Shown: in pieces, positions 51,693 to 61,701 of the stretch
How positions within the stretch are numbered: the stretch's first letter is position 1
How the letters are laid out: each line of letters starts with the position of its first letter
Origin: Bacilli bacterium
GTDB lineage: Bacteria > Bacillota_I > Bacilli_A > RF39 > UBA660
Direction: 5' to 3'
Assembly (NCBI GenBank): GCA_017416535.1
Contig: JAFQCG010000001.1
Span: 604,259-668,258 of the forward strand
Length of the DNA: 64,000 bases
Made by a program: the position numbers and the translations under genes
Notes under the pieces: model-generated
The model's input: only the letters and a program-made list of their open reading frames with translations
The model's database searches: none
Told to the model about the DNA's origin: nothing

Positions 51693-52839
51693 ATATAAAC
51701 TTTGTATTAAGGGGAAAAATCCTGATTACTTTTTAAAAAAAATTATTGAAAAAAAGATTAATATTTATGAAGTTAATAAAAATAGTAAAGAATTATTTAT
51801 TGTAGTGGATAGTGATGGTTATGATAAAATTTGTCATATTAAAACTAGTTATAAGATAAATGTTATTGAGGTTAGTGGTTTGTTAAAAATTAAATATTTA
51901 ATTAATAAATACTTTTTCTTTGTATTCTTTTTTTGTTTAGGTATTTTACTTAATGTGTTTTTAAGTAAAATTATTTTTGATGTAGATGTAGTTCATTCAA
52001 ATGGTTATATTAGAAATATTATTTATGATGATTTAGAAAATTTTGGTATTAGTAAATTTAAATTTAAAGTTAGTTATGATGAGAAAAAGAAAATTATAAA
52101 TAAGATACTTGATAAAGAAAAAAATAATATTGAATGGTTAGAGATAGAGGAGGTTGGTACTAAATATATTGTTAAGGTTGAACAAAGAAAATTAAATGAT
52201 AAAGAAGATGTATGTTCTAATAGAAACATTGTTGCGAAGAAAAATGCAACTATTTTAGAAATATATGCTGATAGTGGAGAGGTTGTTAAGAAAAAGTTTG
52301 ATTATGTTTTAAAAGATGATGTTATTATTAGTGGGGTTATTCATAATAAGGAAGATATAGTTTCTAATAAATGTGCTAAGGGTAAAGTATTTGGAGAAGT
52401 ATGGTATAAAGTAAATGTTTCTTTACCTGTTAATTACTATAATGTAAGAAATACTGGGAAGAGTAGTTATAGAATAGGTTTTTATTTTTTAAATAAGGAA
52501 TTTGTTTTGTTTAATAATTATGATACTTATAAGAAAAAAGATATTATCAATTTGGGGAATATGTTATTACCTGTTGGAATTAATTTTTCAAAGTATTATG
52601 AAACTATAGAAACTAAGAAGATTTATTCACTTAATAACTCTCTTGATAAGGTGTATGAAATAGCGATAGAAAAATTAAAATTAAAGATTGGTAAGGATGA
52701 TGTTATTCTCTCTAAAAAAGTTTTGAAAAAAGAGTTAAAAAATAGTAAAATAATAGTAGAAGTATTTTTTAAAGTAAAAGAAGATATAACTTCTTATAAA
52801 GATATTGTAATAGATGAAGCAAAGGAAGAGGGTGTTTAA
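51685..52839 (+). CDS. yqfD: Sporulation protein YqfD (SpoIV)
   Basis: NIVAKKNA.I, VIISG, AKGKVFGEVWY. Confidence 0.85.
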   Translation: MNRYKLCIKGKNPDYFLKKIIEKKINIYEVNKNSKELFIVVDSDGYDKICHIKTSYKINVIEVSGLLKIKYLINKYFFFVFFFCLGILLNVFLSKIIFDVDVVHSNGYIRNIIYDDLENFGISKFKFKVSYDEKKKIINKILDKEKNNIEWLEIEEVGTKYIVKVEQRKLNDKEDVCSNRNIVAKKNATILEIYADSGEVVKKKFDYVLKDDVIISGVIHNKEDIVSNKCAKGKVFGEVWYKVNVSLPVNYYNVRNTGKSSYRIGFYFLNKEFVLFNNYDTYKKKDIINLGNMLLPVGINFSKYYETIETKKIYSLNNSLDKVYEIAIEKLKLKIGKDDVILSKKVLKKELKNSKIIVEVFFKVKEDITSYKDIVIDEAKEEGV

Positions 52840-52840
52840 T

Positions 52841-53440
52841 GTGTTAGGAAGACTTTCTAATACAATTCAAGGTGTTGTAGATTTTGCTTGGCCAATGGTA
52901 CTTATATCAGTTGTAGTACTAGTTTCATTTAGAGTTTGTTATTTAATTAAGAATAAAGAAAAATTAGTTTTATATAAAGAATTATTAGGATTAAGTTTTG
53001 TAATTTATATATTATGTTTATTCCAAGTTGTTACATTTCAAGATAATGTTTCTTGGTCTACTAATAATTTTATTCCTTTTAGAGAAATGTTTAGATATAA
53101 TATTGGAAGCCGTTTGTTTGTAAAAAATGTACTCGGTAATGCTTTAATGTTTTTACCTTATGGTTTTTTTATAAGTTATTATTTAAAGAATAAGAAACCT
53201 TGGTTAACTTTAATATTAACTGTGATTGCATCTTTTTCAATTGAACTTGTACAAATGGTTATTGGAAGAGTATTTGATATTGATGATATTTTACTTAATT
53301 TATTAGGTGGTTATTTAGGTTATTTAGGTTATTATTGGTTAGGTAAATTTTATGAAAAACTACCTAGTGTTTTAAAAAGTGAATTAGTCTTAAATATTAT
53401 TTCGGGAATTATTTTAATTGGAGTTATTAGTTTATTGTAG
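52841..53440 (+). CDS. VanZ-family membrane protein
   Basis: NFIPF, GNALMFLPYG, IELVQ..GRVFDIDDILLN. Confidence 0.85.
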   Translation: MLGRLSNTIQGVVDFAWPMVLISVVVLVSFRVCYLIKNKEKLVLYKELLGLSFVIYILCLFQVVTFQDNVSWSTNNFIPFREMFRYNIGSRLFVKNVLGNALMFLPYGFFISYYLKNKKPWLTLILTVIASFSIELVQMVIGRVFDIDDILLNLLGGYLGYLGYYWLGKFYEKLPSVLKSELVLNIISGIILIGVISLL

Positions 53441-53450
53441 GAGGAAGTTA

Positions 53451-53903
53451 ATGAGTAAAATTGAAATATTTAATCAATTAGATGAAGAAATTAAAGAATT
53501 AGATACTGTAGAGAAAGTATTACTTAGTGCGATAAAAAAAGAAGAGTTAGATGATGTTACTTTTAATTTGATTATTGTAGATAATGAGTACATTCATGAA
53601 ATTAATAAAACATATCGTGGAATTGATAGAGAGACAGATGTAATTACTTTTGCACTTGAAGATGAGGATAGTATTATTATTCCAGAGGATGTTGGACGTA
53701 ATCTTGGAGATATTTATATTTCTATTGATAAGGCTAGAAGTCAAGCTGAAGAGTATGGTCATGGCCTTCTTCGTGAACTTTCATTTTTAGCGGTACATGG
53801 ATTTTATCATTTGCTTGGATATGATCATATGACTCCTGAAGATGAAAAAGTAATGTTTGCAAAACAAGAGGAGGTTTTGGAAGAGTATGGGATTACTAGA
53901 TAG
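53451..53903 (+). CDS. ybeY: rRNA maturation RNase YbeY
   Basis: YRGIDRETDVITF, LGDIYIS, HGFYHLLGYDH. Confidence 0.95.
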   Translation: MSKIEIFNQLDEEIKELDTVEKVLLSAIKKEELDDVTFNLIIVDNEYIHEINKTYRGIDRETDVITFALEDEDSIIIPEDVGRNLGDIYISIDKARSQAEEYGHGLLRELSFLAVHGFYHLLGYDHMTPEDEKVMFAKQEEVLEEYGITR

Positions 53904-54312
53904 ATTTAAAAAAAGAAAAATTGAATATACTAATGTTTTAGATGGAAAGAGATTAGGTAGAAGTTTTAAAGCAGCTTTTGAAGGTATTCTTTTCACTTAT
54001 AAGAAAGAACAAAATATTAAGATTCATACAATTATTTCTATTATTGTTGTAATTGGAGGAATTTTATTTAAGATTAATTATATTGAATGGTTAGTATGTT
54101 TAGTGTTAATTGGATTTGTACTTATGGCAGAATTTTTTAATACAGCAATTGAATATGTAGTTGATTTAGCATCTCCTAATATTCATCCTTTAGCTAAAGC
54201 AGCAAAAGATACAGCGAGTGCTGGTGTATTAATGATGGCAATTATTTCTGCTGTTATAGGTTGTGTAATTTTTATACCTAAGATTATAGAGTTTGTTGGA
54301 GGTTTATTATGA
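53887..54312 (+). CDS. dgkA: Diacylglycerol/undecaprenol kinase
   Basis: SFKAAFEGI, EFFNTAIEYVVDL, AKAAKDTASAGVL. Confidence 0.9.
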   Translation: MGLLDRFKKRKIEYTNVLDGKRLGRSFKAAFEGILFTYKKEQNIKIHTIISIIVVIGGILFKINYIEWLVCLVLIGFVLMAEFFNTAIEYVVDLASPNIHPLAKAAKDTASAGVLMMAIISAVIGCVIFIPKIIEFVGGLL

Positions 54313-54707
54313 TTAGTATGATTAGAGATAAATTATTAGCGTTACATAGAAATAGTTATTCACCATACTCACATTTTCCAGTATCTGCTATTTTAATTAC
54401 TAAAGATGGTAGAGAATACTATGGAGTTAATGTAGAAGATGCAAGTTATAGAGCAGGAGCTTGTGCTGAAAGAGTAGCTATATTTAGTGCAATTGCTGAT
54501 GGTTGTAAAAAAGGTGATTTTAAAGAAATTAATATTATGGTTTCTGGTGGTAATGTAGGTGAACCATGTTTTGTATGTAGACAAATGTTTGCAGAATTAT
54601 TTGAGGAAGATATTGTAATACGTTGCTTTGCAACTACTGGTGAGAATCGTGTATTTACTTTATCAGAGTTATGTCCACATCCATTTAATAGTGAGGATTT
54701 AGGATAA
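54309..54707 (+). CDS. cdd: Cytidine deaminase
   Basis: YSPYSHFPV, CAER, PCFVCRQ. Confidence 0.92.
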   Translation: MISMIRDKLLALHRNSYSPYSHFPVSAILITKDGREYYGVNVEDASYRAGACAERVAIFSAIADGCKKGDFKEINIMVSGGNVGEPCFVCRQMFAELFEEDIVIRCFATTGENRVFTLSELCPHPFNSEDLG

Positions 54708-55597
54708 TGAAGTGCGGATTTGTTAGTTTAGTAGGTAGACCTAATGTTGGAAAAAGTACATTACTTAATAGTGTTCTTGGTATGAAATTAGCAATTACTT
54801 CTAATGTTAGTGGTACTACAAGAAATGTTATTCAAGGTATTTATAATGATGAAGATTCTCAAATAGTATTTGTAGATACACCAGGTATTCATAAACCTAC
54901 ACATAAATTAGGAAATTTAATGAATAAAAAAGCGTATAATAATACTGAAGGTGTAGATATAGTTTTATTCTTAATTGATATTTCTAAAGGATTTGGAAAA
55001 GGAGATCAATTTATATTAGATAGAATTAAAGATAAAGGAGTTCCTATTTTCTTACTTTTAAATAAAATTGATCAAGTTAAGAATAAAGAAAAATTATTAA
55101 GCGAAATTAATAAATTAAAAGAGTTATATGACTTTCAAGAAATAATTCCTATTTCTGCAATGAAGAAAGATAATATTGATACACTTGTTAGTTGTATAAA
55201 AAAATATTTAGATGATAGTGAAGCAATTTTTTCTGAGGATGATTTAACTAATGTTTCAACTAGATTTATTATGGCAGAATTTGTTCGTGAAAAGATTTTA
55301 GAACTTACAAGAGATGAGATTCCACATACAGTTACTTGTTATGTTGAAAATTATGAAGAAGATGATGAAGTTGTTCATATTCAAGTATTAGTTGTAGTAG
55401 ACCGTGATAATATTAAAAAAATTATTATTGGTAAAGGTGGGTCTATGCTTAAAGAAATTGGTACTAGAGCTAGATATGATATGGAGAAGTTTCTTGGTAA
55501 AAAAGTATTCTTAGAAACTTATGTTAAGACTTTAAAAAATTGGCGAGATCAAGAAAAATATTTCTTAGAACTTGGTTTAAAAGATGAAGATGAATAA
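54707..55597 (+). CDS. era: GTPase Era
   Basis: GRPNVGKS, DTPG, NKID, KH domain IIGKGG. Confidence 0.96.
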   Translation: MKCGFVSLVGRPNVGKSTLLNSVLGMKLAITSNVSGTTRNVIQGIYNDEDSQIVFVDTPGIHKPTHKLGNLMNKKAYNNTEGVDIVLFLIDISKGFGKGDQFILDRIKDKGVPIFLLLNKIDQVKNKEKLLSEINKLKELYDFQEIIPISAMKKDNIDTLVSCIKKYLDDSEAIFSEDDLTNVSTRFIMAEFVREKILELTRDEIPHTVTCYVENYEEDDEVVHIQVLVVVDRDNIKKIIIGKGGSMLKEIGTRARYDMEKFLGKKVFLETYVKTLKNWRDQEKYFLELGLKDEDE

Positions 55598-55638
55598 AAA
55601 TAAATAAAAATCACCACTATATTAATAGAGGTGATTTT

Positions 55639-55728
55639 ATGAATTATGATATTTTATGGAAGTTATTTGTAAAGACTGGAGATATTAAATATTATAATTT
55701 AATGCAGGCATTAAAGAAGAGTGATTAG
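55639..55728 (+). CDS. YqzL-like small protein (MNYDILWKLFVKTGDIKYYNLMQALKKSD)
   Basis: W.LF..TGDI..Y motif between era and recO; GAGGTG RBS; below the ORF-track cutoff. Confidence 0.75.
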   Translation: MNYDILWKLFVKTGDIKYYNLMQALKKSD

Positions 55729-56478
55729 ATGAAGATAGAAAGTTTTGAAGGTATTGTTTTAACTGAAACTAATTATAGTGAATCTAGTAAGATACTTAAT
55801 GTTTTAACTAATGATCGTGGTATTGTTGGTGTTATGTCTAAGGGATGTAGAAACATTAAAAGTAAATTACGAGGTGTAAGTAGAAAGTTAGTTTATGGTA
55901 CATTTCATGTTTATTATAAAGAAAATGGTTTATCTACTTTAATTGGAGTTGATTTAATTAATTCTTTTTCTAAAAGTATGATGGACTTAGAGAAAATAAG
56001 TTATTGTGCTTATTTATTGGATTTAGCACATCAAGTAGTTAAGCAAAACGATGATAATGAAATATTTGAGTTATTAAAAGATACTTTATTAAAAATTGAA
56101 GAAGGATTAGATCCTTTAGTATTAACTAATATATTAGAATTAAAATTACTTGATTATTTAGGTGTTAGACCTAGTATTGATGCTTGTAGTATTTGTGGTA
56201 GTGATAAAGCTATTGTTACATTATCTAGTGATAGTGGAGGATATGTTTGTAGAAATTGTTTTAATAATGAAGGATATGTGTCTGAAAAGACTATTAAAAT
56301 GATTAGGATGTATTATTATGTTGATATTAAAAATATTTCTAAGTTAGATGTATCTGGTGAGGTTAGTCGAGAAATAAATTTATTTTTAGATATGTACTAT
56401 GAAAGATATACGGGACTTTATTTAAAGAGTAAGGATTTTATTAAAAAGATAAGTCAGTTAAGTGAAAGCAAGAATTAA
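55729..56478 (+). CDS. recO: DNA repair protein RecO
   Basis: GIVL..NYSESSKI, CSICG..GGYVCRNC; era context. Confidence 0.92.
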   Translation: MKIESFEGIVLTETNYSESSKILNVLTNDRGIVGVMSKGCRNIKSKLRGVSRKLVYGTFHVYYKENGLSTLIGVDLINSFSKSMMDLEKISYCAYLLDLAHQVVKQNDDNEIFELLKDTLLKIEEGLDPLVLTNILELKLLDYLGVRPSIDACSICGSDKAIVTLSSDSGGYVCRNCFNNEGYVSEKTIKMIRMYYYVDIKNISKLDVSGEVSREINLFLDMYYERYTGLYLKSKDFIKKISQLSESKN

Positions 56479-56531
56479 ATCTTGCTTTTTTATTTTTGTA
56501 AAAATTTATAAAATATGATATTCTTATTAAA

Positions 56532-56870
56532 GTGGAGGTTATTATTATGGAATTTTTATTAGTTATATTTTTACCTTGTGTTTTAGGGATATTTACTTAT
56601 TATATTTTTACTAAGGAGAAAGATAAGTTTTTATTATCATTAATCTATTTAGTAAATGTATTACTTACTAATTTAGTTAGTATCGGTGTTTTATATTTAA
56701 AGAATAATGAAATTTATAGTTTAATTACTAGATTTGAAGGTGATTATAGATTTGCATTTAAATATATGGTTTTAGCAACTACTATAAGTTTAGTTATTGG
56801 AGTTGTAAGTATGATTATAAAGAAATATATAGTATTTGATGTAGAGGTGGAAAATGGCAGAAAAAAGTAA
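56532..56870 (+). CDS. Small 3-TM membrane protein
   Basis: Hydrophobic ORF overlapping the next gene. Confidence 0.55.
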   Translation: MEVIIMEFLLVIFLPCVLGIFTYYIFTKEKDKFLLSLIYLVNVLLTNLVSIGVLYLKNNEIYSLITRFEGDYRFAFKYMVLATTISLVIGVVSMIIKKYIVFDVEVENGRKK

Positions 56871-58437
56871 GAAGAAAATTAATAAATTAATTCTTGTTAG
56901 AAATATTATTTACTTTTTACTTTTACTTTTATTTAGTTTTGCTTTATTTATAAAGATTAAATTTAATAATGTTGGTTTTGAACAATTATTATTTACTTTG
57001 ACTAATACTGAAGGAGCTAATTTTGATGTAGTATATCAAGGTGTTTTATTTGTTGTATTAGCAGTAGTTGTTGAAATATTTTTGATTTTTATGATTAAGA
57101 AGTTATTTGAATTTTTAAAGATGAAGATTATTATTAATATTGGATTTAAAGGTAAGAAGAAAAGTAAAGTATTTAGTTTTGATGTATTTAAAAAGACAAA
57201 ATTAAAACAAGTGTGTTTATTTATAGTTATATTTATATTAGGTATTTATATTCCTATTGATATGATAGATTTTACTAATTATTTTAGAGCACAAAAAGTT
57301 AAGACTAGTTTTTTTGAAGATTATTATGTAAATCCTGTTGATGTGGATATTAGGTTTAATGATGATAAGAGAAACTTAATCTATATTTATGTTGAGAGTT
57401 TAGAGTCTTCTAATGTTTCTAAGAAGAATGGTGGAGTAGTTGAAAAAAGTTATGTTCCTAATTTAGAAAGATTAGCTCTAGAGAATATTAATTTTAGTAA
57501 TACATCTAAAATAGGAGGAGCTGTTCAAGTTAGTAATACTACTTGGACTGTTGCCGGATTGATTGCGCAAAATGCTGGAGTTCCACTTAAGATTCCAATA
57601 AGTGCAAATTCATATAAAGAGTATTCATCTTCATTACCTGGGGCATATGGTCTAGGAGAAGTTTTAGAAGATAATGGTTATAAAAATTATTTTATGTTAG
57701 GATCTGATTCTTCATATGGAGGAAGAAAAGATTACTTTTTACAACATGGTAATTATGAAATATTTGATCATCCAAAGGCGATAGATGAAAAATATATTCC
57801 TAGTGATTATGATGTTTGGTGGGGATATGAAGATAAGAAATTATTTGAATTTTCTAAAAAGAAATTATTAGAGATTTCTAAAAATGATGAGCCGTTTAAC
57901 TTTACAATTTTAACTGCAGATACACATTTTACTGATGGGTATATGGATAGTAGTTGTAAGAAGGTGTTTGATGAGGCTTATGCAAATAGTTTTTATTGTT
58001 CCGATAGTAAGATTGGTGAATTTATTAGTTGGATAAAGAAACAAGATTTTTATGATAATACTACTATTGTTATTACTGGTGATCATTTAACAATGCAAGA
58101 GAATTTTTATGATTCTGATGCTGATGGTAATAGATATGTTTATAATGTATTTGTTAATTCTTATCTAAAGACAAATAATAGTAAGAATAGAACATTTACA
58201 GCTTTTGATTTATATCCAACAACTTTAGCAGCGATGGGTGCAACAATTGATGGTAATAAGTTAGGTTTAGGGGTTAATTTATTTTCTGATGAGAAGACAT
58301 TAATTGAAATGTTTGGGAAGGAAGAACTTAATAAGCAACTTGTTGGTAAGAGTGAATATTATAACCAAGAGTTATTAGGAGACTCATATTATGAGATGCT
58401 TGATGATGTTACTGATAAATCTAAATTAGATGAGTAA
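56854..58437 (+). CDS. LTA synthase/phosphoglycerol transferase (sulfatase superfamily)
   Basis: NLIYIYVESLE, WTVAG, WGYED, TADTH, TGDH. Confidence 0.85.
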   Translation: MAEKSKKKINKLILVRNIIYFLLLLLFSFALFIKIKFNNVGFEQLLFTLTNTEGANFDVVYQGVLFVVLAVVVEIFLIFMIKKLFEFLKMKIIINIGFKGKKKSKVFSFDVFKKTKLKQVCLFIVIFILGIYIPIDMIDFTNYFRAQKVKTSFFEDYYVNPVDVDIRFNDDKRNLIYIYVESLESSNVSKKNGGVVEKSYVPNLERLALENINFSNTSKIGGAVQVSNTTWTVAGLIAQNAGVPLKIPISANSYKEYSSSLPGAYGLGEVLEDNGYKNYFMLGSDSSYGGRKDYFLQHGNYEIFDHPKAIDEKYIPSDYDVWWGYEDKKLFEFSKKKLLEISKNDEPFNFTILTADTHFTDGYMDSSCKKVFDEAYANSFYCSDSKIGEFISWIKKQDFYDNTTIVITGDHLTMQENFYDSDADGNRYVYNVFVNSYLKTNNSKNRTFTAFDLYPTTLAAMGATIDGNKLGLGVNLFSDEKTLIEMFGKEELNKQLVGKSEYYNQELLGDSYYEMLDDVTDKSKLDE

Positions 58438-58502
58438 GGACGCAGTTCCTTGCTTTTTTTGTTATTTTATGATATAATATGTGCACATTTGGGGGGATTA
58501 TA

Positions 58503-58601
58503 ATGGATATGATATTTGTATTATTAATGATTACTATGCATGTATTATTTCTTTTAGTTAGGGAAATCTTTGAATTAATTATTGAATATAAAAAGTATTA
58601 G
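58503..58601 (+). CDS. Possible 32-aa hydrophobic peptide
   Basis: GGGGGG RBS after TATAAT; MDMIFVLLMITMHVLFLLVREIFELIIEYKKY. Confidence 0.45.
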   Translation: MDMIFVLLMITMHVLFLLVREIFELIIEYKKY

Positions 58602-58614
58602 TTGGTGATTAAGT

Positions 58615-59559
58615 ATGGACAAAAATAAAGTTAAAGCTGGAGTGAAAAGTGCTTTACCATACATTATTGTGTCATCAGCTCAAATACCTTTTATGTTTGA
58701 TGATAATGGGTGGTTCAATGCACTTATGTTTGTAACTAATGGTTATTGGGCATATACAAATTATAAAAGTGGTGTGCAAAAATATAACGGTAAAGTTATA
58801 ACTGAATTGCCAGAATATAAAGAATATTTAGATTTATATAAGGAATTTACTGATGATATTGCGTCGATGTATAAAGAACTTGGAATAAATGATGGTTTAG
58901 ATATTGTTATGAGTTATAAACAATGTTTGGATAGTGGGATATTTTCAGCAACAGGTGAAAATAAATATACTTTATTTGAAAAAGATCCTGATTTATTTAT
59001 TAACTTACTTGGAGGTAGGGTTACTACTGGAAAGTGTTGTTGTAGACACAATGCAGCATTATTATCAGATGTTATGACTAGTATTGGACGTCTTTCTCCA
59101 AAGGTGTCTGTTTTTGTTGCAGATAATCCACAAAGGAAATTAGTATTAAAATCAAATCACTTACTTACCGGAGTTATACATAAAGGGAAAAGACTATTAG
59201 TTGATCCAACTGTTAGCCATATTGATATGTTTCATCGTGGTTTTGTTTATTATAAAGGTGATAAGGCGTTATTTAGAGAAGTATGTGAAAATAGTTCGGG
59301 AAGGAAATTTACACTAGTAAGTGGTGGTTATGATAATGGAGCATTATTTAATGATGAATATGAACAGTTTTTAAAGTTTAAACCAATTATGGATAGTGAT
59401 GAAATTATTGATGATTATATGAGTAGTGCATTGTTAAGTGCGGTACATATAAGAGATTTTAGAGATTTTCATGAAGAAGAAAAACCGAAGATTTTAGAAC
59501 TAGCAAGATTAAATAAAATTGTTGCTCCACATGGTAAAGAAATAACTAAAAAAGATTAG
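58615..59559 (+). CDS. Transglutaminase/papain-like Cys-His-Asp protein
   Basis: GKCCCRHNAALL...NHLLTGV...LLVDPT. Confidence 0.55.
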   Translation: MDKNKVKAGVKSALPYIIVSSAQIPFMFDDNGWFNALMFVTNGYWAYTNYKSGVQKYNGKVITELPEYKEYLDLYKEFTDDIASMYKELGINDGLDIVMSYKQCLDSGIFSATGENKYTLFEKDPDLFINLLGGRVTTGKCCCRHNAALLSDVMTSIGRLSPKVSVFVADNPQRKLVLKSNHLLTGVIHKGKRLLVDPTVSHIDMFHRGFVYYKGDKALFREVCENSSGRKFTLVSGGYDNGALFNDEYEQFLKFKPIMDSDEIIDDYMSSALLSAVHIRDFRDFHEEEKPKILELARLNKIVAPHGKEITKKD

Positions 59560-59599
59560 TCTTGACATATTTTTAAAAGTTAAGTATATTATTAGAAAC

Positions 59600-59728
59600 A
59601 AGTGATAAGTGCGATGACGGGTGTGGAAAGCCAAGAGCAGTATAATTAAGAGCAGATTCTTCTAGAATAAGTAAGGTGGAACCGCGGAAAAGTTTTTTTC
59701 GTCCTTACGTTATTCTAGAAGTTTTTTT
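59600..59728 (+). promoter_or_regulatory. T-box-type leader of glyQS (atypically short)
   Basis: AAGGTGGAACCGCG at 59673-59686 with CGTCCTT partner; TTGACA promoter at 59562. Confidence 0.7.
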
Positions 59729-59780
59729 ATTTATATTACTTGTTGCTGTTACAAAGTTTATTAAAGAAGGAGGAATTAAA

Positions 59781-61151
59781 ATGGAAAAATTAACAATGGA
59801 AAAGTTAGTAAACTACTGTAAACAATATGGATTCATATTTCAAGGAAGTGAGATTTACGGCGGTTTAGCTAATACTTGGGATTATGGTCCATTAGGTTCA
59901 AGACTTAAAAATAATATTAAGGATTCTTGGAGAAAAAGATTTATTCAAGAAAGACCAAATGCATATGAAGTTGATGCTGCAATCTTAATGCATCCAAGAG
60001 TTTGGGAAGCAAGTGGACACGTTGAAAGTTTCTCTGACCCACTTATAGATTGTAAAGAATGTAAGATGAGACATCGTGCCGATAACTTGATTGATGATTT
60101 TGATGAAAATGCTAAGGCTGATGGTATGACTTGGGATGAAATGGTTGCTTATATTAAAGAACATAAGGTCCCATGTCCAAAATGTGGTAAGTCAAACTAT
60201 ACAGATATTCGTGAATTTAAACTTATGTTTGAAACACATAGAGGTGTTACTGAAGATGGTAAAAACAAGGTTTATTTAAGACCAGAAAATGCACAAGGTG
60301 AATATACAAACTTCTTAAATGTACAAAGAAGTATGAGAGCTAAATTACCATTTAGTATTGGACAAATCGGTAAAGCATTTAGAAATGAAATTACACCAGG
60401 TAACTTTACTTTTAGAACAATTGAATTTGAACAAATGGAATATCAAACTTTCTGTAAAGAAGGAACAGATAGTGAATTATATGCATACTTTAAAGATTAT
60501 GCTAAAAAATATTTTATGGATTTAGGAATTCCTGAAGATAAATTAAGATATCATGATCATGAAAAATTAGCTCATTATGCTAAAGAAGCATGTGATGTTG
60601 ATTACAAGTTCTGTTTTGGATGGGGAGAAATTAATGGTACTCATAATAGAACAAATTATGACTTAGGACGTCATCAAGAATATTCAACTGTTTCACAAGA
60701 ATATTTAGATCCTGAAACTAATGAAAAGTTTATTCCATATATTATTGAATCTACATATGGATGTGACCGTATGGTTTTAGCTATTTTAGATAATAGTTAT
60801 GATGAAGAAGTACTTGAAAATGGTGAAACAAGAGAAGTTATGAGATTTAGTCCGTATCTTGCTCCATATAAAGTAGCAGTACTTCCACTTAATAAGAAAT
60901 ATCATGGAGAAAAAGCTAAAGAATTATTTGAAAGATTTAATAAGAGTTTTATGACTACTTATGATGAAACTGCATCAATTGGTAAACGTTATAGAAGACA
61001 AGATGCTATTGGTACACCATATTGTATTACAGTAGATGATGAAACTATTAATAATGGTACAGTTACTTTAAGAGATAGAGATACTATGGAACAAATAGTG
61101 TTAAAACTTGAAGAAGTAGAAAGTTATGTATTAGATAAAATTAAGTTTTAA
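59781..61151 (+). CDS. glyQS: Glycine--tRNA ligase (homodimeric alpha2 type)
   Basis: EIYGG..WDYGPLG, YLRPENAQG, FRNEITPGNF.FRT.EFEQME, IGKRYRRQD. Confidence 0.95.
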   Translation: MEKLTMEKLVNYCKQYGFIFQGSEIYGGLANTWDYGPLGSRLKNNIKDSWRKRFIQERPNAYEVDAAILMHPRVWEASGHVESFSDPLIDCKECKMRHRADNLIDDFDENAKADGMTWDEMVAYIKEHKVPCPKCGKSNYTDIREFKLMFETHRGVTEDGKNKVYLRPENAQGEYTNFLNVQRSMRAKLPFSIGQIGKAFRNEITPGNFTFRTIEFEQMEYQTFCKEGTDSELYAYFKDYAKKYFMDLGIPEDKLRYHDHEKLAHYAKEACDVDYKFCFGWGEINGTHNRTNYDLGRHQEYSTVSQEYLDPETNEKFIPYIIESTYGCDRMVLAILDNSYDEEVLENGETREVMRFSPYLAPYKVAVLPLNKKYHGEKAKELFERFNKSFMTTYDETASIGKRYRRQDAIGTPYCITVDDETINNGTVTLRDRDTMEQIVLKLEEVESYVLDKIKF

Positions 61152-61253
61152 TAAAAGAGGATAGGCCTCTTTTTTTGTTTACGTTAAGTTATTAATAAAT
61201 AGTAGGTTGTTTTTTATTTGTATGTTACAATTTAGAGGAGTGTAGTAAAGGAG

Positions 61254-61688
61254 TTGAATGAAGTGAGTATTAATGAAATTAGTGCTACTGTAGAAAAAGA
61301 TGTTTATACAATTATTAAAAATAAAGTTGATTTTAGTGAAGATGAATTTTTAAGTTTTCCTAATAATGAGAAAAATGAATGGATTGAGGCTTGTCGTTTA
61401 GCTATTATTTTATGTGAGAACAAAGGTAGTGAATTATTAAATTCGTATAAATCTTTAAATCTTGTTGATAATATGGGTAATGTTGATTTAGCAGAATGTG
61501 TTTTATTAGTTAAAAGTAAGAAAAAATTATATGATGTTATTTCTAATGATGTTAATAGACCTGGTACTTTAGCAGAATTTATTTTACTTGGAGAAGTTGG
61601 TACTACAGAAATAATTAATCAAGCAATAAAAAATGAATATGAAGAAACAGCTAAAGATATTAATGATGCAAAACAAAATTATTATTAA
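61254..61688 (+). CDS. Hypothetical protein
   Basis: 144-aa ORF with AAGGAG RBS and TTG start. Confidence 0.5.
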   Translation: MNEVSINEISATVEKDVYTIIKNKVDFSEDEFLSFPNNEKNEWIEACRLAIILCENKGSELLNSYKSLNLVDNMGNVDLAECVLLVKSKKKLYDVISNDVNRPGTLAEFILLGEVGTTEIINQAIKNEYEETAKDINDAKQNYY

Positions 61689-61701
61689 TTGAGGTGATAG
61701 A

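Noticed and set aside
537-54584. Short minus-strand and alternate-frame ORFs in the track (e.g. 537-752, 28705-29034, 31380-31763, 41435-41779)
   Set aside because: Shadow ORFs overlapping well-supported + strand genes, with no RBS or recognisable motifs
59676-59780. N-terminal extension of GlyRS in the ORF track
   Set aside because: Lies within the T-box leader; the real start is ATG 59781 after AGGAGG
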